From positions 18,294 through 82,293 of the forward strand of contig DASYCO010000077.1 of NCBI GenBank assembly GCA_036500145.1: a DNA stretch of 64,000 nucleotides. The letters are read 5' to 3'. Made by a program: the position numbers and the translations under genes. Numbering within the stretch: the stretch's first letter is position 1; every line of letters begins with the position of its first letter. Shown here in pieces: positions 18,976-28,778 of the stretch. The notes beneath the pieces are model-generated. The model saw nothing but the letters and a program-made list of their open reading frames with translations, made no database searches and had not been told where the DNA came from. Origin of the DNA: Alphaproteobacteria bacterium. Lineage in GTDB: Bacteria > Pseudomonadota > Alphaproteobacteria > SMXQ01.

Positions 18976-20361
18976 ATGAGCCAGAAGACCCATCGTTTCG
19001 AGCCGACCATTCTGCGCGAGTACGACATTCGCGGCACTGTCGGCAAGACGCTGCATCCGGAAGACGCCTACGCCATCGGCCGGGGGCTCGCGACGATGGT
19101 GGCGCGCAAGGGCGGCAGCCACGTGCATGTCGGCCGCGACGGCCGCGCCAGCTCGCCGGAGATGGAAAAGCACGTCTGCCAAGGCCTGTCCGACGGCGGC
19201 ATGAAGGTGACGCGCATCGGCCTCGGCGCCACGCCGATGCTGTACTACGCCACCTTCAGCCGCGGCTCCGACGCCGGCCTGATGGTCACCGGCTCGCACA
19301 ACCCGTCCGAATACAACGGCTTCAAGATGGTCCTCGGCAAGAAGGCCTTCTACGGCGAGGACATCCTCAACCTCGGCCGTCTCGCCGCCGCCGGCGACTA
19401 TGTCGAAGGCAAGGGCTCGATCGGCGACGAGGAGGTGTTCGACGACTACATCGCCCGCCTGCTGAAGGACTTCACGCCCGGCCGCGACCTGAAGGTCGCC
19501 TGGGACGCCGGCAACGGCTCCGCCGGCCCGGCCATGGTGGCGCTGACGAAGAAGCTGCCGGGCCAGCATTTCCTGCTCTACGAGAACGTCGACGGCAACT
19601 TCCCGAATCACCACCCCGACCCGACCGTGCCGAAGAACCTCGAGGATCTGCAGGCGCTGGTCCTGAAGGAGAAGTGCGACCTCGGCATCGCCTTCGACGG
19701 CGACGGCGACCGCATCGGTGTGGTCGACGGCAAGGGCCGCATCCTGTGGGGCGACCAGCTCATGGCGATCTGGTCGCGCGACGTGCTGAAGAACAAGCCG
19801 GGCGCCACCATCATCGCCGACGTGAAGGCGAGCCAGGTGCTGTTCAATGAAGTCGCCAAGCTCGGTGGCAAGCCGCTGATGTGGAAGACCGGCCATTCGC
19901 TGATCAAGTCGAAGATGGCCGAGACCGGCGCGCCGCTCGCCGGCGAGATGAGCGGCCACATCTTCTTCGCCGACAAGTACTACGGCTACGACGACGCGCC
20001 CTATGCGGCGATCCGCCTGCTGTCGATCGTCGGCACCGCCAAGGAAAGCCTGGCCGACATGCGCGACGCCATGCCGCAGGTGATCAACACGCCGGAAGTG
20101 CGCTTCCAGTGCGACGACACCCGCAAGTTTGCCGTGGCTGAAGAAGTGAAGGCGCGCCTGGTCAAGGCCGGCGCCGACTTCAACGACTGCGACGGCGTGC
20201 GCGTGAACACGAAGGACGGCTGGTGGCTGCTCCGCGCGTCCAACACCCAGGATGTGCTGGTCGCCCGTTGCGAGGCCTTCGACGCGGCCGGCCTCGAACG
20301 GCTGAAGGCCGACCTCTTCGCCCAGCTTTCGCTAAGCGGCATCAATCCGCCCAAGATGTGA
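18976..20361 (+). CDS. Phosphomannomutase/phosphoglucomutase (AlgC/ManB type)
   Basis: Active-site [13 protein letters not shown], metal-binding DGDGDR, and a C-terminal sugar-binding loop. 461 aa. Confidence 0.9.
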   Translation: MSQKTHRFEPTILREYDIRGTVGKTLHPEDAYAIGRGLATMVARKGGSHVHVGRDGRASSPEMEKHVCQGLSDGGMKVTRIGLGATPMLYYATFSRGSDAGLMVTGSHNPSEYNGFKMVLGKKAFYGEDILNLGRLAAAGDYVEGKGSIGDEEVFDDYIARLLKDFTPGRDLKVAWDAGNGSAGPAMVALTKKLPGQHFLLYENVDGNFPNHHPDPTVPKNLEDLQALVLKEKCDLGIAFDGDGDRIGVVDGKGRILWGDQLMAIWSRDVLKNKPGATIIADVKASQVLFNEVAKLGGKPLMWKTGHSLIKSKMAETGAPLAGEMSGHIFFADKYYGYDDAPYAAIRLLSIVGTAKESLADMRDAMPQVINTPEVRFQCDDTRKFAVAEEVKARLVKAGADFNDCDGVRVNTKDGWWLLRASNTQDVLVARCEAFDAAGLERLKADLFAQLSLSGINPPKM

Positions 20362-20846
20362 TGGCCGGCGAAGGGCCGCACAGGCGTCGCGCGGCAGGGC
20401 CGGGGCTCTTCGTCTTCGGCACCCTGATGGATGCCGACGTGCGGACCCTGGTGATCGGCCGCCCGCTCGACGCGGCGCAGCTGCAGCCCGCCCAGCTCAA
20501 GAACTACCGTCGCGTTTACATCGCCGGCCGGCTCTATCCCATGGTGCAGCCGCGTCGCGGCTCGGTCGTCGACGGCTTGCTGCTGTCGGGGCTGAGCGAA
20601 GAGGACTTCGCGCGGCTCGACGCCTTCGAGGGCGCCGACTACCGCCGCGAGCGCCAGCATGTCTCGCCGCGCGCCGAGGACGGCGAGGCCGAACCGGTGC
20701 TGGCCTGGTTCTACCGTTCGCGCGGCGCGGTGACGCCGAGCTTCAGGCTCTGGAATTTGGAAGGTTGGCGAGCGCGGGAAAAGGCGGTCTTCCTGCGCGC
20801 CGCGCGGGACTGGCTCACCGAGCTGGGACTGCGTCCCAGCCGATAG
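20361..20846 (+). CDS. Gamma-glutamylcyclotransferase-like (AIG2/GGACT family) protein
   Basis: LFVFGTLM N-terminal motif and the later YRR/E pattern of the GGCT fold. ATG overlaps the upstream TGA by 1 nt. Confidence 0.65.
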   Translation: MAGEGPHRRRAAGPGLFVFGTLMDADVRTLVIGRPLDAAQLQPAQLKNYRRVYIAGRLYPMVQPRRGSVVDGLLLSGLSEEDFARLDAFEGADYRRERQHVSPRAEDGEAEPVLAWFYRSRGAVTPSFRLWNLEGWRAREKAVFLRAARDWLTELGLRPSR

Positions 20847-20858
20847 GCCGAGACGGCT

Positions 20859-22397
20859 CTAGCCGTCGTTGCTGCCCATCTCGGGGGCGACGGTGATGCA
20901 GCCGACGCCCTTCTGCTCGAGCTGGCGGCAAGCCGTGCGCGCCGAGGCTTCCGTCAGGCCGACGAGGCGGGCGCGGTAGAGCTTGCTGCCGTCGTCCTTG
21001 CCGTCGAGCACGGCGACGCGCGCGCTCGACAAGGTCTTGGGCAGGGCGCCCTTGGCCTTGTTGGCGGCGGCCTGGGCGGGCGCCTGGCGGCTGAAGGCGC
21101 CGACCTGGATGGCCCATTCGGTGCCGCTGTTCTTCGGCAGGCTGTAGCGCGGACGCGGGCTGGGCAGGGCGGCGACGGTCGATTCGGTGTCGCCCTGTTC
21201 GAGGTTGAGGGCCGGGTCGGCAAGCGTGTCGGCGCGGCTGCCGGACATCTCGGCCTGGGCGATCAGGTCCGGGCGGGGCGTCGGCTTGCGCGTCGCCGAA
21301 GCCGGCGACGACTTGGGCGTGGCGGCGGCGACCAGGGTCGGCGTCGGGTTCGTCAGCGTGTTGTCGAAGGCCTGGTCCATCAGCTGGACCATGCGGGCGT
21401 CGCGCCAGTTGCCGGATTCGCCGCCGAGCACGATGCCGACGATGCGCCGGTTGCCGCGCTGCGCCGAGGTGGCGAGGTTGAAGCCGGAGGCACGGATGTA
21501 GCCGGTCTTGAGGCCGTCGGCGCCTTCGAGCTGCGTCAGCACGCGGTTGTGGTTGCCGATGGTGACGCCCTTGTAGGTGAACTCGGGCGTCGAGAAGAAG
21601 TGGTAGTGCTGCGGGAAGTCGCGGTGCAGGGCGCGGGCTAGCGTCGCGAGGTCGCGCGCCGTGGTGTGCTGCTGCGGATCCGGCAGGCCGTTGGCGTTCT
21701 TGAACAGCGTGTTGGTCATGCCGAGGGCCTGGGCGCGCTTGTTCATCATGGCGGCGAAGGCGGGTTCGGTGCCGCCGACGGTCTCGCCGAGGGCGACGGC
21801 CACGTCGTTGGCGGACTTGGTGACGAGCGCCATGATGGCCTGGCGCACGGTCAGGTTGTCGCCCGGCATGATGCCGAGCTTGGACGGCGCCTGGTTGGCG
21901 GCGTGCATGGAGATGTCGAGGCGCGAATCGAGGGTGAGCTTCTTCTTCTCGATGGCGTCGAGGGTCACGTAGATGGTCATCATCTTGGTCAGCGACGCGG
22001 GGTAGCGCTGCTCGTCGGCATTGACCTGATGGAGCACGCGGCCGGTGGCGTCGTCGATGATGATGGCGGCGTAGCGGGTCGGCATTTCAGCCGACGACTT
22101 AGGCGCGACGCTGGCGACTTTCTTGTGGACGGCCTTCTGGGCGGCGTCGGCGGGGGCGACGGCGAAGCCGGCCGTTAGGCCGGTGGCCAGCGCGCCGAGG
22201 ATCAGGCCGGTGGCCAGGAGGTTCGCGCCCAGGCGAGTCCCGAGGACGGGCCGCGCGGAATGGGTGTGGCGCGCCAGCGCCCTGAAGAATTTCAAATTCA
22301 CCGGCCGTATCCCCCCGGTTGAGTGTCGAACCCCTGGAATCGACTGGCCGCCCAAAATCGAGGCACGGGCGTTAACCAAATCGTTTCGCGCGCGCAT
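20859..22397 (-). CDS. dacC: D-alanyl-D-alanine carboxypeptidase (S11, PBP5/6 type) with C-terminal SPOR domain
   Basis: Active-site SLTK, SGN and KTG motifs. The C-terminal roughly 80 aa match a SPOR septal peptidoglycan-binding domain (WAIQVGAF...YRARLVGL). The N-terminal start may be internal. Confidence 0.8.
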   Translation of the reverse strand: MRARNDLVNARASILGGQSIPGVRHSTGGIRPVNLKFFRALARHTHSARPVLGTRLGANLLATGLILGALATGLTAGFAVAPADAAQKAVHKKVASVAPKSSAEMPTRYAAIIIDDATGRVLHQVNADEQRYPASLTKMMTIYVTLDAIEKKKLTLDSRLDISMHAANQAPSKLGIMPGDNLTVRQAIMALVTKSANDVAVALGETVGGTEPAFAAMMNKRAQALGMTNTLFKNANGLPDPQQHTTARDLATLARALHRDFPQHYHFFSTPEFTYKGVTIGNHNRVLTQLEGADGLKTGYIRASGFNLATSAQRGNRRIVGIVLGGESGNWRDARMVQLMDQAFDNTLTNPTPTLVAAATPKSSPASATRKPTPRPDLIAQAEMSGSRADTLADPALNLEQGDTESTVAALPSPRPRYSLPKNSGTEWAIQVGAFSRQAPAQAAANKAKGALPKTLSSARVAVLDGKDDGSKLYRARLVGLTEASARTACRQLEQKGVGCITVAPEMGSNDG

Positions 22398-22533
22398 GGT
22401 AAAAGAATCAATGATTCCTTGTCTATACGTAATGTTCTAAAGGTGAATTTTTAGTGAATCGACGGATGCTCCCGCGCGGACCATGCTGAATCCGCCTCGG
22501 AACGCCGCCCGGCCCCCCACGTTGAGTGTCATC

Positions 22534-23238
22534 ATGCGCCTTATTCCGCTCCGCCTCGTCCTGCCGCTGGCCGCCATCGCCCTGGGAGCGGCGGCCTGCG
22601 CCTATTCCGGGCAGACCAGCAATCCCATCGCCTTGAGCAATAGCTGGTTCAGCTACCTGGATGCGGGAGACCTGCGCAAAGCCTGCGTCGCCGGCGCCCC
22701 CGAGGCCTACCGCATTGCCTTCAACGGCAGTTACGAAGAGCAACTACGGACTTACGACGTGACCGCCATCGGGCCGGGCGGCGCCCGCATGGCCGTGCGC
22801 GTGCGCGGTTCCGCCGGCAATGTGGCCAACTTCAAGCTCAGCGAGCCTTTCCAGGGCTGGACCGGGGACCAGACCCAGGTTCCCCTGACGGCGGCGGACG
22901 TGACGGCGCTGCGTCAGTCCTTGGCCGACAGCAACGCCTTCAGCCCGACCCCGGAGGGGCTGGAACTGAAGTCACGGCGGTTCTACTGGATCGTCGCCGC
23001 CTGCCGGGGCGGGCATTTCACCTACAACGCTTGGCAATGGCCGTCGGCGGACTACGACAAGCTGACCTTCCCAGCGTTGCTCGCCCGCCTCGACCGCAGC
23101 GGCGTGGCGCTCAATCCGCCCCGCCCGAACGACCGGCCCGAGTTCCCCGAGAGCAACGACAAGGGCAACTACCGCGACCGCGAATTCCAGCTCCGGGTGG
23201 GTAAGGATGGGATCTCCAATCTCGTGACGGTCTTCTAG
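22534..23238 (+). CDS. Hypothetical lipoprotein
   Basis: Signal peptide with lipobox (LGAAAC). Strong GC3 bias. No recognisable domain. Confidence 0.5.
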   Translation: MRLIPLRLVLPLAAIALGAAACAYSGQTSNPIALSNSWFSYLDAGDLRKACVAGAPEAYRIAFNGSYEEQLRTYDVTAIGPGGARMAVRVRGSAGNVANFKLSEPFQGWTGDQTQVPLTAADVTALRQSLADSNAFSPTPEGLELKSRRFYWIVAACRGGHFTYNAWQWPSADYDKLTFPALLARLDRSGVALNPPRPNDRPEFPESNDKGNYRDREFQLRVGKDGISNLVTVF

Positions 23239-23292
23239 GTTTGTAAGGTTTCTTGCTGTTCGCGGCGCTTATGCTGCGCTGCACAATTTCCC

Positions 23293-23321
23293 TTGACGGA
23301 ACGGCGGACAGGCCGCATATA
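23293..23321 (+). promoter_or_regulatory. Candidate sigma-70 promoter of the phasin gene (TTGACG-N17-CATATA) flanked by TGC-N3-GCA boxes
   Basis: -35 at 23293-23298, -10 at 23316-23321. PhaR-like boxes CTGCgctGCA (23274-23283) and TTGCattGCAGC (23331-23342). RBS AGGAGA precedes the ATG at 23425. Confidence 0.4.
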
Positions 23322-23424
23322 GGGTCTATGTTGCATTGCAGCAAAAGCTGGCTTGCACGAGAGACCCCCGTATTCGTTCGTCCCTTTGCCCCCCGCAAAC
23401 TGTTTTCGAGCCCAGGAGATTGCG

Positions 23425-24000
23425 ATGACCGAGAAGACCACTGCCAAGACGTTCAAGGCCGCGACTGCTGAAGCCACCGCCGCTGAGGCCGGTGCCACGC
23501 CGGCCGAACAGATCTATGCCGCCTTCGTCGAGAGCGCCGAGCTGATGCTCAAGGCTGGCGCCGACGCCGCCCGCAAGACCTACGACAGCGCCGTCTCCGC
23601 CACCCGCGAGCCGGCCACCACGGCCATGAAGGCCGGCGGCCTCGCCATGAAGGACTACGACGACGCCGTCGCCTTCGGCCGCGACAACATCGACGCCGTG
23701 ACCGAATCGAGCACCATCGCCGTCCATGGCCTGCAGGACGTGGGCAAGGAATGGGTCGGCCTGGTCCAGAAGTCGGCCGACGAGTTTCCCGCCACCGTGA
23801 AGGCGTTCGCCGCCTGCAAGACGGTCAAGGAAGCGACCGACCTGCACAGCGAGTTCGTGAAGACGAGCATCGAGAGCTTCACGGCCTCGGCGATGAAGTT
23901 CCAGCAGCTCAGCATGAAGGTCGCGACTGCGACCGCCGAGCCGATCAACAAGCGCTTCACCGACGCGATGTCGAAGTACGGCAAGCCGTTCGCCGCCTAA
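23425..24000 (+). CDS. Phasin-family PHA granule-associated protein
   Basis: 191 aa, Ala/Lys/Glu-rich alpha-helical with a phasin-2-type pattern (AEQIYAAFVESAELMLKAG...). Strong promoter and terminator. Confidence 0.75.
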   Translation: MTEKTTAKTFKAATAEATAAEAGATPAEQIYAAFVESAELMLKAGADAARKTYDSAVSATREPATTAMKAGGLAMKDYDDAVAFGRDNIDAVTESSTIAVHGLQDVGKEWVGLVQKSADEFPATVKAFAACKTVKEATDLHSEFVKTSIESFTASAMKFQQLSMKVATATAEPINKRFTDAMSKYGKPFAA

Positions 24001-24050
24001 CGCGGCGCTGCCAAATCCCGCCGCGCGGCGACGTCGCGCGGCGGTCTCGA

Positions 24051-24084
24051 AAGCCCGGCCTTGCGCCGGGCTTTTCCTGTTTTG
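24051..24084 (+). terminator. Intrinsic terminator of the phasin gene
   Basis: GCCCGGC-CTTGC-GCCGGGC hairpin followed by TTTTCCTGTTTT. Confidence 0.8.
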
Positions 24085-24361
24085 GGGCCAGTTTCTTCCG
24101 AGACAGTATCCAGCGCCTTTTTTTCCTGCCGAATCCGCCGCCTAGCCCAACTTGGCACTTCCGTTTCCGGCGAGCGTTCCCATATGATGAAAGGCGATGG
24201 AAGACATCGCCGCGACCGTCGATATGGTGATGATCGGTACCGCTCGCAGAGATCAGTCCCAGGGCTCTCGAAGCCCGGATTTGGCCGCTCCACGACAGGC
24301 AGCCGGCCGCTTTGGCGAACGTCCGAAATTTCCCGCTTCCACATATTTTCCGCGGCCCATC

Positions 24362-24820
24362 GTGAAACAGACCCAGTTGCGCCAGACAGCGTTGCAGCAG
24401 ACCGCGTCCCTGCAGACCGTAAGCGTCGAGGCGACCGTTAACGGTTCTCTATCGGCGCAGCCTATACGCGCGGCCGGCAACGACGGACCCGGCAAGAATG
24501 GCGCGGGCAACGGTCCGGGCGGCGGTTCGAACACCGGCGTCATCACGCGCACGCGGAGCAAGACGGCAAAGCCGTCCATGTACAAAGTTCTTCTGTTGAA
24601 CGACGACTATACGCCGATGGAGTTCGTCGTTCACGTCCTCGAAAGATTCTTCCACAAGAATCATGAGGAGGCGACCGAGATCATGTTGCATGTCCACCGC
24701 AGAGGCGTTGGTATTTGTGGCGTGTATCCGTACGAGATCGCAGAGACGAAAGTGACGCAGGTGATAGACTTGGCCCGCAAGCACCAGCATCCGCTGCAGT
24801 GCACGCTGGAGAAGGACTGA
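24362..24820 (+). CDS. clpS: ATP-dependent Clp protease adaptor ClpS
   Basis: The C-terminal 85 aa are canonical ClpS ([24 protein letters not shown]). No in-frame ATG lies upstream of the core. GC3 bias begins near the GTG at 24362, and TTG starts at 24377 and 24392 are alternatives. The N-terminal extension is long and disordered. Confidence 0.75.
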   Translation: MKQTQLRQTALQQTASLQTVSVEATVNGSLSAQPIRAAGNDGPGKNGAGNGPGGGSNTGVITRTRSKTAKPSMYKVLLLNDDYTPMEFVVHVLERFFHKNHEEATEIMLHVHRRGVGICGVYPYEIAETKVTQVIDLARKHQHPLQCTLEKD

Positions 24821-25010
24821 TGGCGGGCGTCGCCTTATTTCGGCCTGAAGTTTGCAGGCATAATTTCTTGAGACCCTTCGTCACAGTCGACGGAGGTGGC
24901 CCATCAGGGCCGTTGCCGGAAGGCCCATTGCGTAGGGCGCGTTGATCCGGCGCGGGGGCACGAGTGAGTTGAGGGGACTTTGACAAGACCAGCGGAAAAG
25001 GAACCAACAG

Positions 25011-27323
25011 ATGCTCTCGCGTAATTTGGAACAGACCCTGCACCGCGCGCTCTCGTTCGCCAATCAGCGTCGGCACGAGTTCGCCACTCTCGAGCATCTC
25101 CTCCTGGCGCTCACCGAGGACCAGGACGCCGTCGCCGTCATGCGCGCCTGCGGCGTCGACCTCGCCAAGATCCGCGAAGAGCTGGTCGCCTACATCGACA
25201 ACGAGCTGGCCAGCCTGGTCATGGAGAAGTCGGAGGACGCCAAGCCGACGGCGGGCTTCCAGCGCGTGCTGCAGCGCGCCGCGATCCATGTCCAGTCGTC
25301 CGGCCGCGAGGAAGTGACCGGCGCCAACGTGCTGGTCGCGCTGTTCTCCGAACGCGAGAGCCATGCCGTCTACTTCCTGCAGGAGCAGGAGATGACGCGC
25401 CTCGACGCGGTCAACTACATCTCGCACGGCATCGCCAAGGTGTCGGCCCGCAGCGAGCGTCGCCCGGTGGGCGGCGCCGAGGAAGAGGCTAAGCCGGAGA
25501 AGGTCGTGAAGAAGGGCCATGAGGCCCTCGACGCCTACTGCGTCAACCTCAACAAGAAGGCGGCCAACGGCAAGATCGATCCGCTGATCGGCCGCGCCGA
25601 CGAGGTCGAGCGCACGATCCAGATCCTCTGCCGGCGCACCAAGAACAACCCGCTCTACGTGGGCGATCCCGGCGTCGGCAAGACCGCCATCGCTGAGGGC
25701 CTGGCGCGGCGCATCGTGCACGCCGAAGTGCCCGAGGTGCTGAAGACCGCGACGATCTACAGCCTCGACATGGGCTCGCTGCTCGCCGGCACGCGCTATC
25801 GCGGCGACTTCGAGGAGCGCATCAAGGCGGTCATCACGGAGCTGCAGGACCAGGACAACGCCATCCTGTTCATCGACGAGATCCACACGGTGATCGGCGC
25901 CGGCGCGACTTCCGGCGGCTCGATGGACGCGTCCAACCTGCTCAAGCCGGCGCTCGCCAACGGCAGCCTGCGCTGCATCGGCTCGACCACCTACAAGGAA
26001 TACCGCAGCTACTTCGAGAAGGACCGCGCGCTGGTGCGCCGCTTCCAGAAGATCGACGTCAACGAGCCGTCGGTCGAGGACGCGATCAAGATCCTCAAGG
26101 GCCTCAAGCCCTACTACGAGAAGCACCACAACGTGCGCTACACCGACGACGCCATCGTCGCCGCGGTGAACCTCTCGTCGCGCTACATCAACGACCGCAA
26201 GCTGCCCGACAAGGCGATCGACGTGATCGACGAAGTCGGCGCGGCGCAGATGCTGGTGCCCGAAGGCAAGCGCAAGAAGGTCATCAACGTGAAGGACGTG
26301 GAGGCGGTGGTCGCCAAGATCGCCCGCATCCCGCCCAAGAGCGTCAGCAACACCGACAAGGAAGGCCTGCGCAACCTCGACCGCGACCTCAAGGCGGTCG
26401 TGTTCGGCCAGGACCATGCCATCGAGGCGCTCGCCAGCTCGATCAAGCTGTCGCGCGCCGGCCTGCGCGAAGGCGACAAGCCGATCGGCAGCTACCTGTT
26501 CTCCGGCCCGACCGGCGTCGGCAAGACGGAAGTGGCGCGCCAGCTCTCGCGCATCATGGCCATCGAGCTGATCCGCTTCGACATGTCGGAGTACATGGAG
26601 CGGCACACGGTGTCGCGCCTGATCGGCGCGCCGCCGGGCTACGTCGGCTTCGACCAGGGCGGCTTGCTGACCGACGCCATCGACCAGCACCCGCACGCGG
26701 TCCTGCTGCTCGACGAGATCGAGAAGGCCCACCCGGACCTGTTCAACATTCTGCTGCAGGTGATGGACCACGGCAAGCTGACGGACCACAACGGCAAGAT
26801 CGTCGACTTCCGCAACGTCATCCTGATCATGACGACGAACGCGGGCGCCGCCGACATGGCCAAGCCGGCCATCGGCTTCGGCTCCAGCGTGCGCACGGGC
26901 GACGACGAAGAGGCGATCAAGCGGATGTTCACGCCGGAATTCCGCAACCGTCTCGACGCGGTAATCCCGTTCGCCGGACTTTCTCCGGCGATCATCGCCC
27001 AGGTGGTCGACAAGTTCGTCATCGAGCTGGAAGAGCAGCTGGCCGACCGCAACGTGCACATCGTGCTCGACCAGGCGGCGCGCGACTGGCTGGCGGTGAA
27101 GGGCTACGACCCGCTGTTCGGCGCCCGTCCGCTCGGCCGCGTGATCCAGGAGCACATCAAGCGCCCGCTCGCCGACGAGCTGCTGTTCGGCAAGCTGGCC
27201 AAGGGCGGCTCCGTCACGGTGACGATCACCGACGACAAGCCGAGCTTCGTGATCGTCGAGGGCGTGCCGAAGCCCGCTGGGGGCAAGCCGAAGCGCCCGA
27301 AGGAGCCGGCTCTCGTCGAATAG
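25011..27323 (+). CDS. clpA: ATP-dependent Clp protease ATP-binding subunit ClpA
   Basis: 770 aa. Clp N domain, two AAA+ modules with Walker A GDPGVGKT / GPTGVGKT, and the sensor and ClpP-binding IGF-type loop. Confidence 0.95.
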   Translation: MLSRNLEQTLHRALSFANQRRHEFATLEHLLLALTEDQDAVAVMRACGVDLAKIREELVAYIDNELASLVMEKSEDAKPTAGFQRVLQRAAIHVQSSGREEVTGANVLVALFSERESHAVYFLQEQEMTRLDAVNYISHGIAKVSARSERRPVGGAEEEAKPEKVVKKGHEALDAYCVNLNKKAANGKIDPLIGRADEVERTIQILCRRTKNNPLYVGDPGVGKTAIAEGLARRIVHAEVPEVLKTATIYSLDMGSLLAGTRYRGDFEERIKAVITELQDQDNAILFIDEIHTVIGAGATSGGSMDASNLLKPALANGSLRCIGSTTYKEYRSYFEKDRALVRRFQKIDVNEPSVEDAIKILKGLKPYYEKHHNVRYTDDAIVAAVNLSSRYINDRKLPDKAIDVIDEVGAAQMLVPEGKRKKVINVKDVEAVVAKIARIPPKSVSNTDKEGLRNLDRDLKAVVFGQDHAIEALASSIKLSRAGLREGDKPIGSYLFSGPTGVGKTEVARQLSRIMAIELIRFDMSEYMERHTVSRLIGAPPGYVGFDQGGLLTDAIDQHPHAVLLLDEIEKAHPDLFNILLQVMDHGKLTDHNGKIVDFRNVILIMTTNAGAADMAKPAIGFGSSVRTGDDEEAIKRMFTPEFRNRLDAVIPFAGLSPAIIAQVVDKFVIELEEQLADRNVHIVLDQAARDWLAVKGYDPLFGARPLGRVIQEHIKRPLADELLFGKLAKGGSVTVTITDDKPSFVIVEGVPKPAGGKPKRPKEPALVE

Positions 27324-27345
27324 GAAAACGATAGATATTGATGAA

Positions 27346-27383
27346 TTAGGGCTTCAGTCCAAACTGGAGCCCTAATTTTTTGT
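27346..27383 (+). terminator. Terminator-like hairpin between clpA and the KAP gene
   Basis: TTAGGGCTTCAG-TCCAAA-CTGGAGCCCTAA (12-bp stem, 1 mismatch) followed by TTTTTTGT. Only about 14 nt separate the T-tract from the KAP ATG (27397), with a GGGGG RBS. Confidence 0.6.
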
Positions 27384-27396
27384 CTGGGGGGTGAAT

Positions 27397-28773
27397 ATGA
27401 GATTGACGCCGAAGATTCCGAAAATTGGAGAATCTGAAGGGTTTAGTAATTCTGATCTATTCGAACTCAAAGGGTTTGGTGAACGGTTATCGAACCTAAT
27501 TATAAAAATAAATGAGCCTCTAGTAATCGTACTTGATGGTGCATGGGGCAGCGGAAAATCCACCTTTATTAAGCAATGGTCTGGAGTGCTGAGAGAGCAG
27601 AGAACTCCAGTAATAATTTTTGACGCATTTGAAAATGATTATCACGAGGACGCCTTTTTCACGCTGGCGAGTCAGGTGATTGAGCAAGCTCAGAAAATCC
27701 TGGGCAAAACACGAACGACAAAACAATTTATCGAACAAACTAAAAAGGTTGGTCGTGTGCTCGTACCATTAACTGCAAAGCTGATGATACGTGCTGCATC
27801 TTTAGGTGCTTTATCGGCTTCAGATCTTACGGAAAGTTCCGACGAAATTATGAAAACAATTTCGGGTGATGTGTCCGAAACGATAGAGAGAGTACTAGAC
27901 GATAAAATTAAAAAAATTGAATCAGATAAATTAGCGATTGAAAGTTTTAGAAGTCATTTAGCGCGCCTGGCTGGCGCTATGAGTGAAAAGCTTGCTGACG
28001 TCACCGATAAAGCTTCGCACCTTCCACCCTTGGTAATTGTCATTGATGAATTAGATAGGTGTCGGCCACCTTTTTCGATCAATCTTCTTGAGAGAATTAA
28101 ACATCTCTTTTCAGTCGAGGGTGTTTGTTTTGTGCTCGTAACTCATTTGCCCCAGTTGGCTGTTGCTATTAGGGGATCTTATGGCCAGGACATGAATGCC
28201 GAACGTTATCTTGAAAAATTTTATCACTTAAAACTATCTTTGCCGGATGATACCCGAACAGGAGGCCCTAAAAAGAAATATGAAAAATACGTAGACTATT
28301 TGTGGTCTTCCATGGAGCTGGCAACAGATGATCCCCATTGGGACGCGCTTTTGCAGGGAGGTATTGTTAACTTTTCTTATTCGTATTCACTTTCATATAG
28401 AACAATTGAGAGAGTTGTCTCCTGTGTTGCTCTTGTTACTGCGGCAACATCTAAGAGAAATTTACGTTGGCCTCCACTCATTGTTGGTTTGTGTGTGATG
28501 AAAGTAGAAAATCCAAGTCTGTATGAGCGCGTAAAAAACGGGGTGCTTGAATGGGAAGATGCATTCAAATTTTTAAATATGACGCCATGGAATGATCAAG
28601 CCGCATACGATTTTTATTATCGATCATGGAAATTTGCGCTGTCTAAAAATCTATCTAACGAAGGCTGGGAGGAGCAGTACTTTAGTGAGCTTCATAGGTA
28701 CAATTTAAGGCGGGAGAGAATAATTCCATTTATGATCGGATATATTGAAGAGCTTTTCCAAACGAAGTCGTAG
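27397..28773 (+). CDS. KAP-family P-loop NTPase (PifA-like), soluble
   Basis: 458 aa. KAP Walker A LDGAWGSGKSTF and the KAP-specific Walker B VIVIDELDRC. No clear TM insert. AT-rich codon usage, foreign to the host. Confidence 0.85.
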   Translation: MRLTPKIPKIGESEGFSNSDLFELKGFGERLSNLIIKINEPLVIVLDGAWGSGKSTFIKQWSGVLREQRTPVIIFDAFENDYHEDAFFTLASQVIEQAQKILGKTRTTKQFIEQTKKVGRVLVPLTAKLMIRAASLGALSASDLTESSDEIMKTISGDVSETIERVLDDKIKKIESDKLAIESFRSHLARLAGAMSEKLADVTDKASHLPPLVIVIDELDRCRPPFSINLLERIKHLFSVEGVCFVLVTHLPQLAVAIRGSYGQDMNAERYLEKFYHLKLSLPDDTRTGGPKKKYEKYVDYLWSSMELATDDPHWDALLQGGIVNFSYSYSLSYRTIERVVSCVALVTAATSKRNLRWPPLIVGLCVMKVENPSLYERVKNGVLEWEDAFKFLNMTPWNDQAAYDFYYRSWKFALSKNLSNEGWEEQYFSELHRYNLRRERIIPFMIGYIEELFQTKS

Positions 28774-28778
28774 TTTTT

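Noticed and set aside
24061-24441. 126-aa ORF and the ATG at 24197 as the clpS start
   Set aside because: Poor GC3 bias in 24197-24360 and an Arg-rich low-complexity product. Coding-like bias begins only near 24362.
24681-27155. 824-aa minus-strand ORF
   Set aside because: Antisense to clpA (canonical AAA+ motifs on the plus strand).
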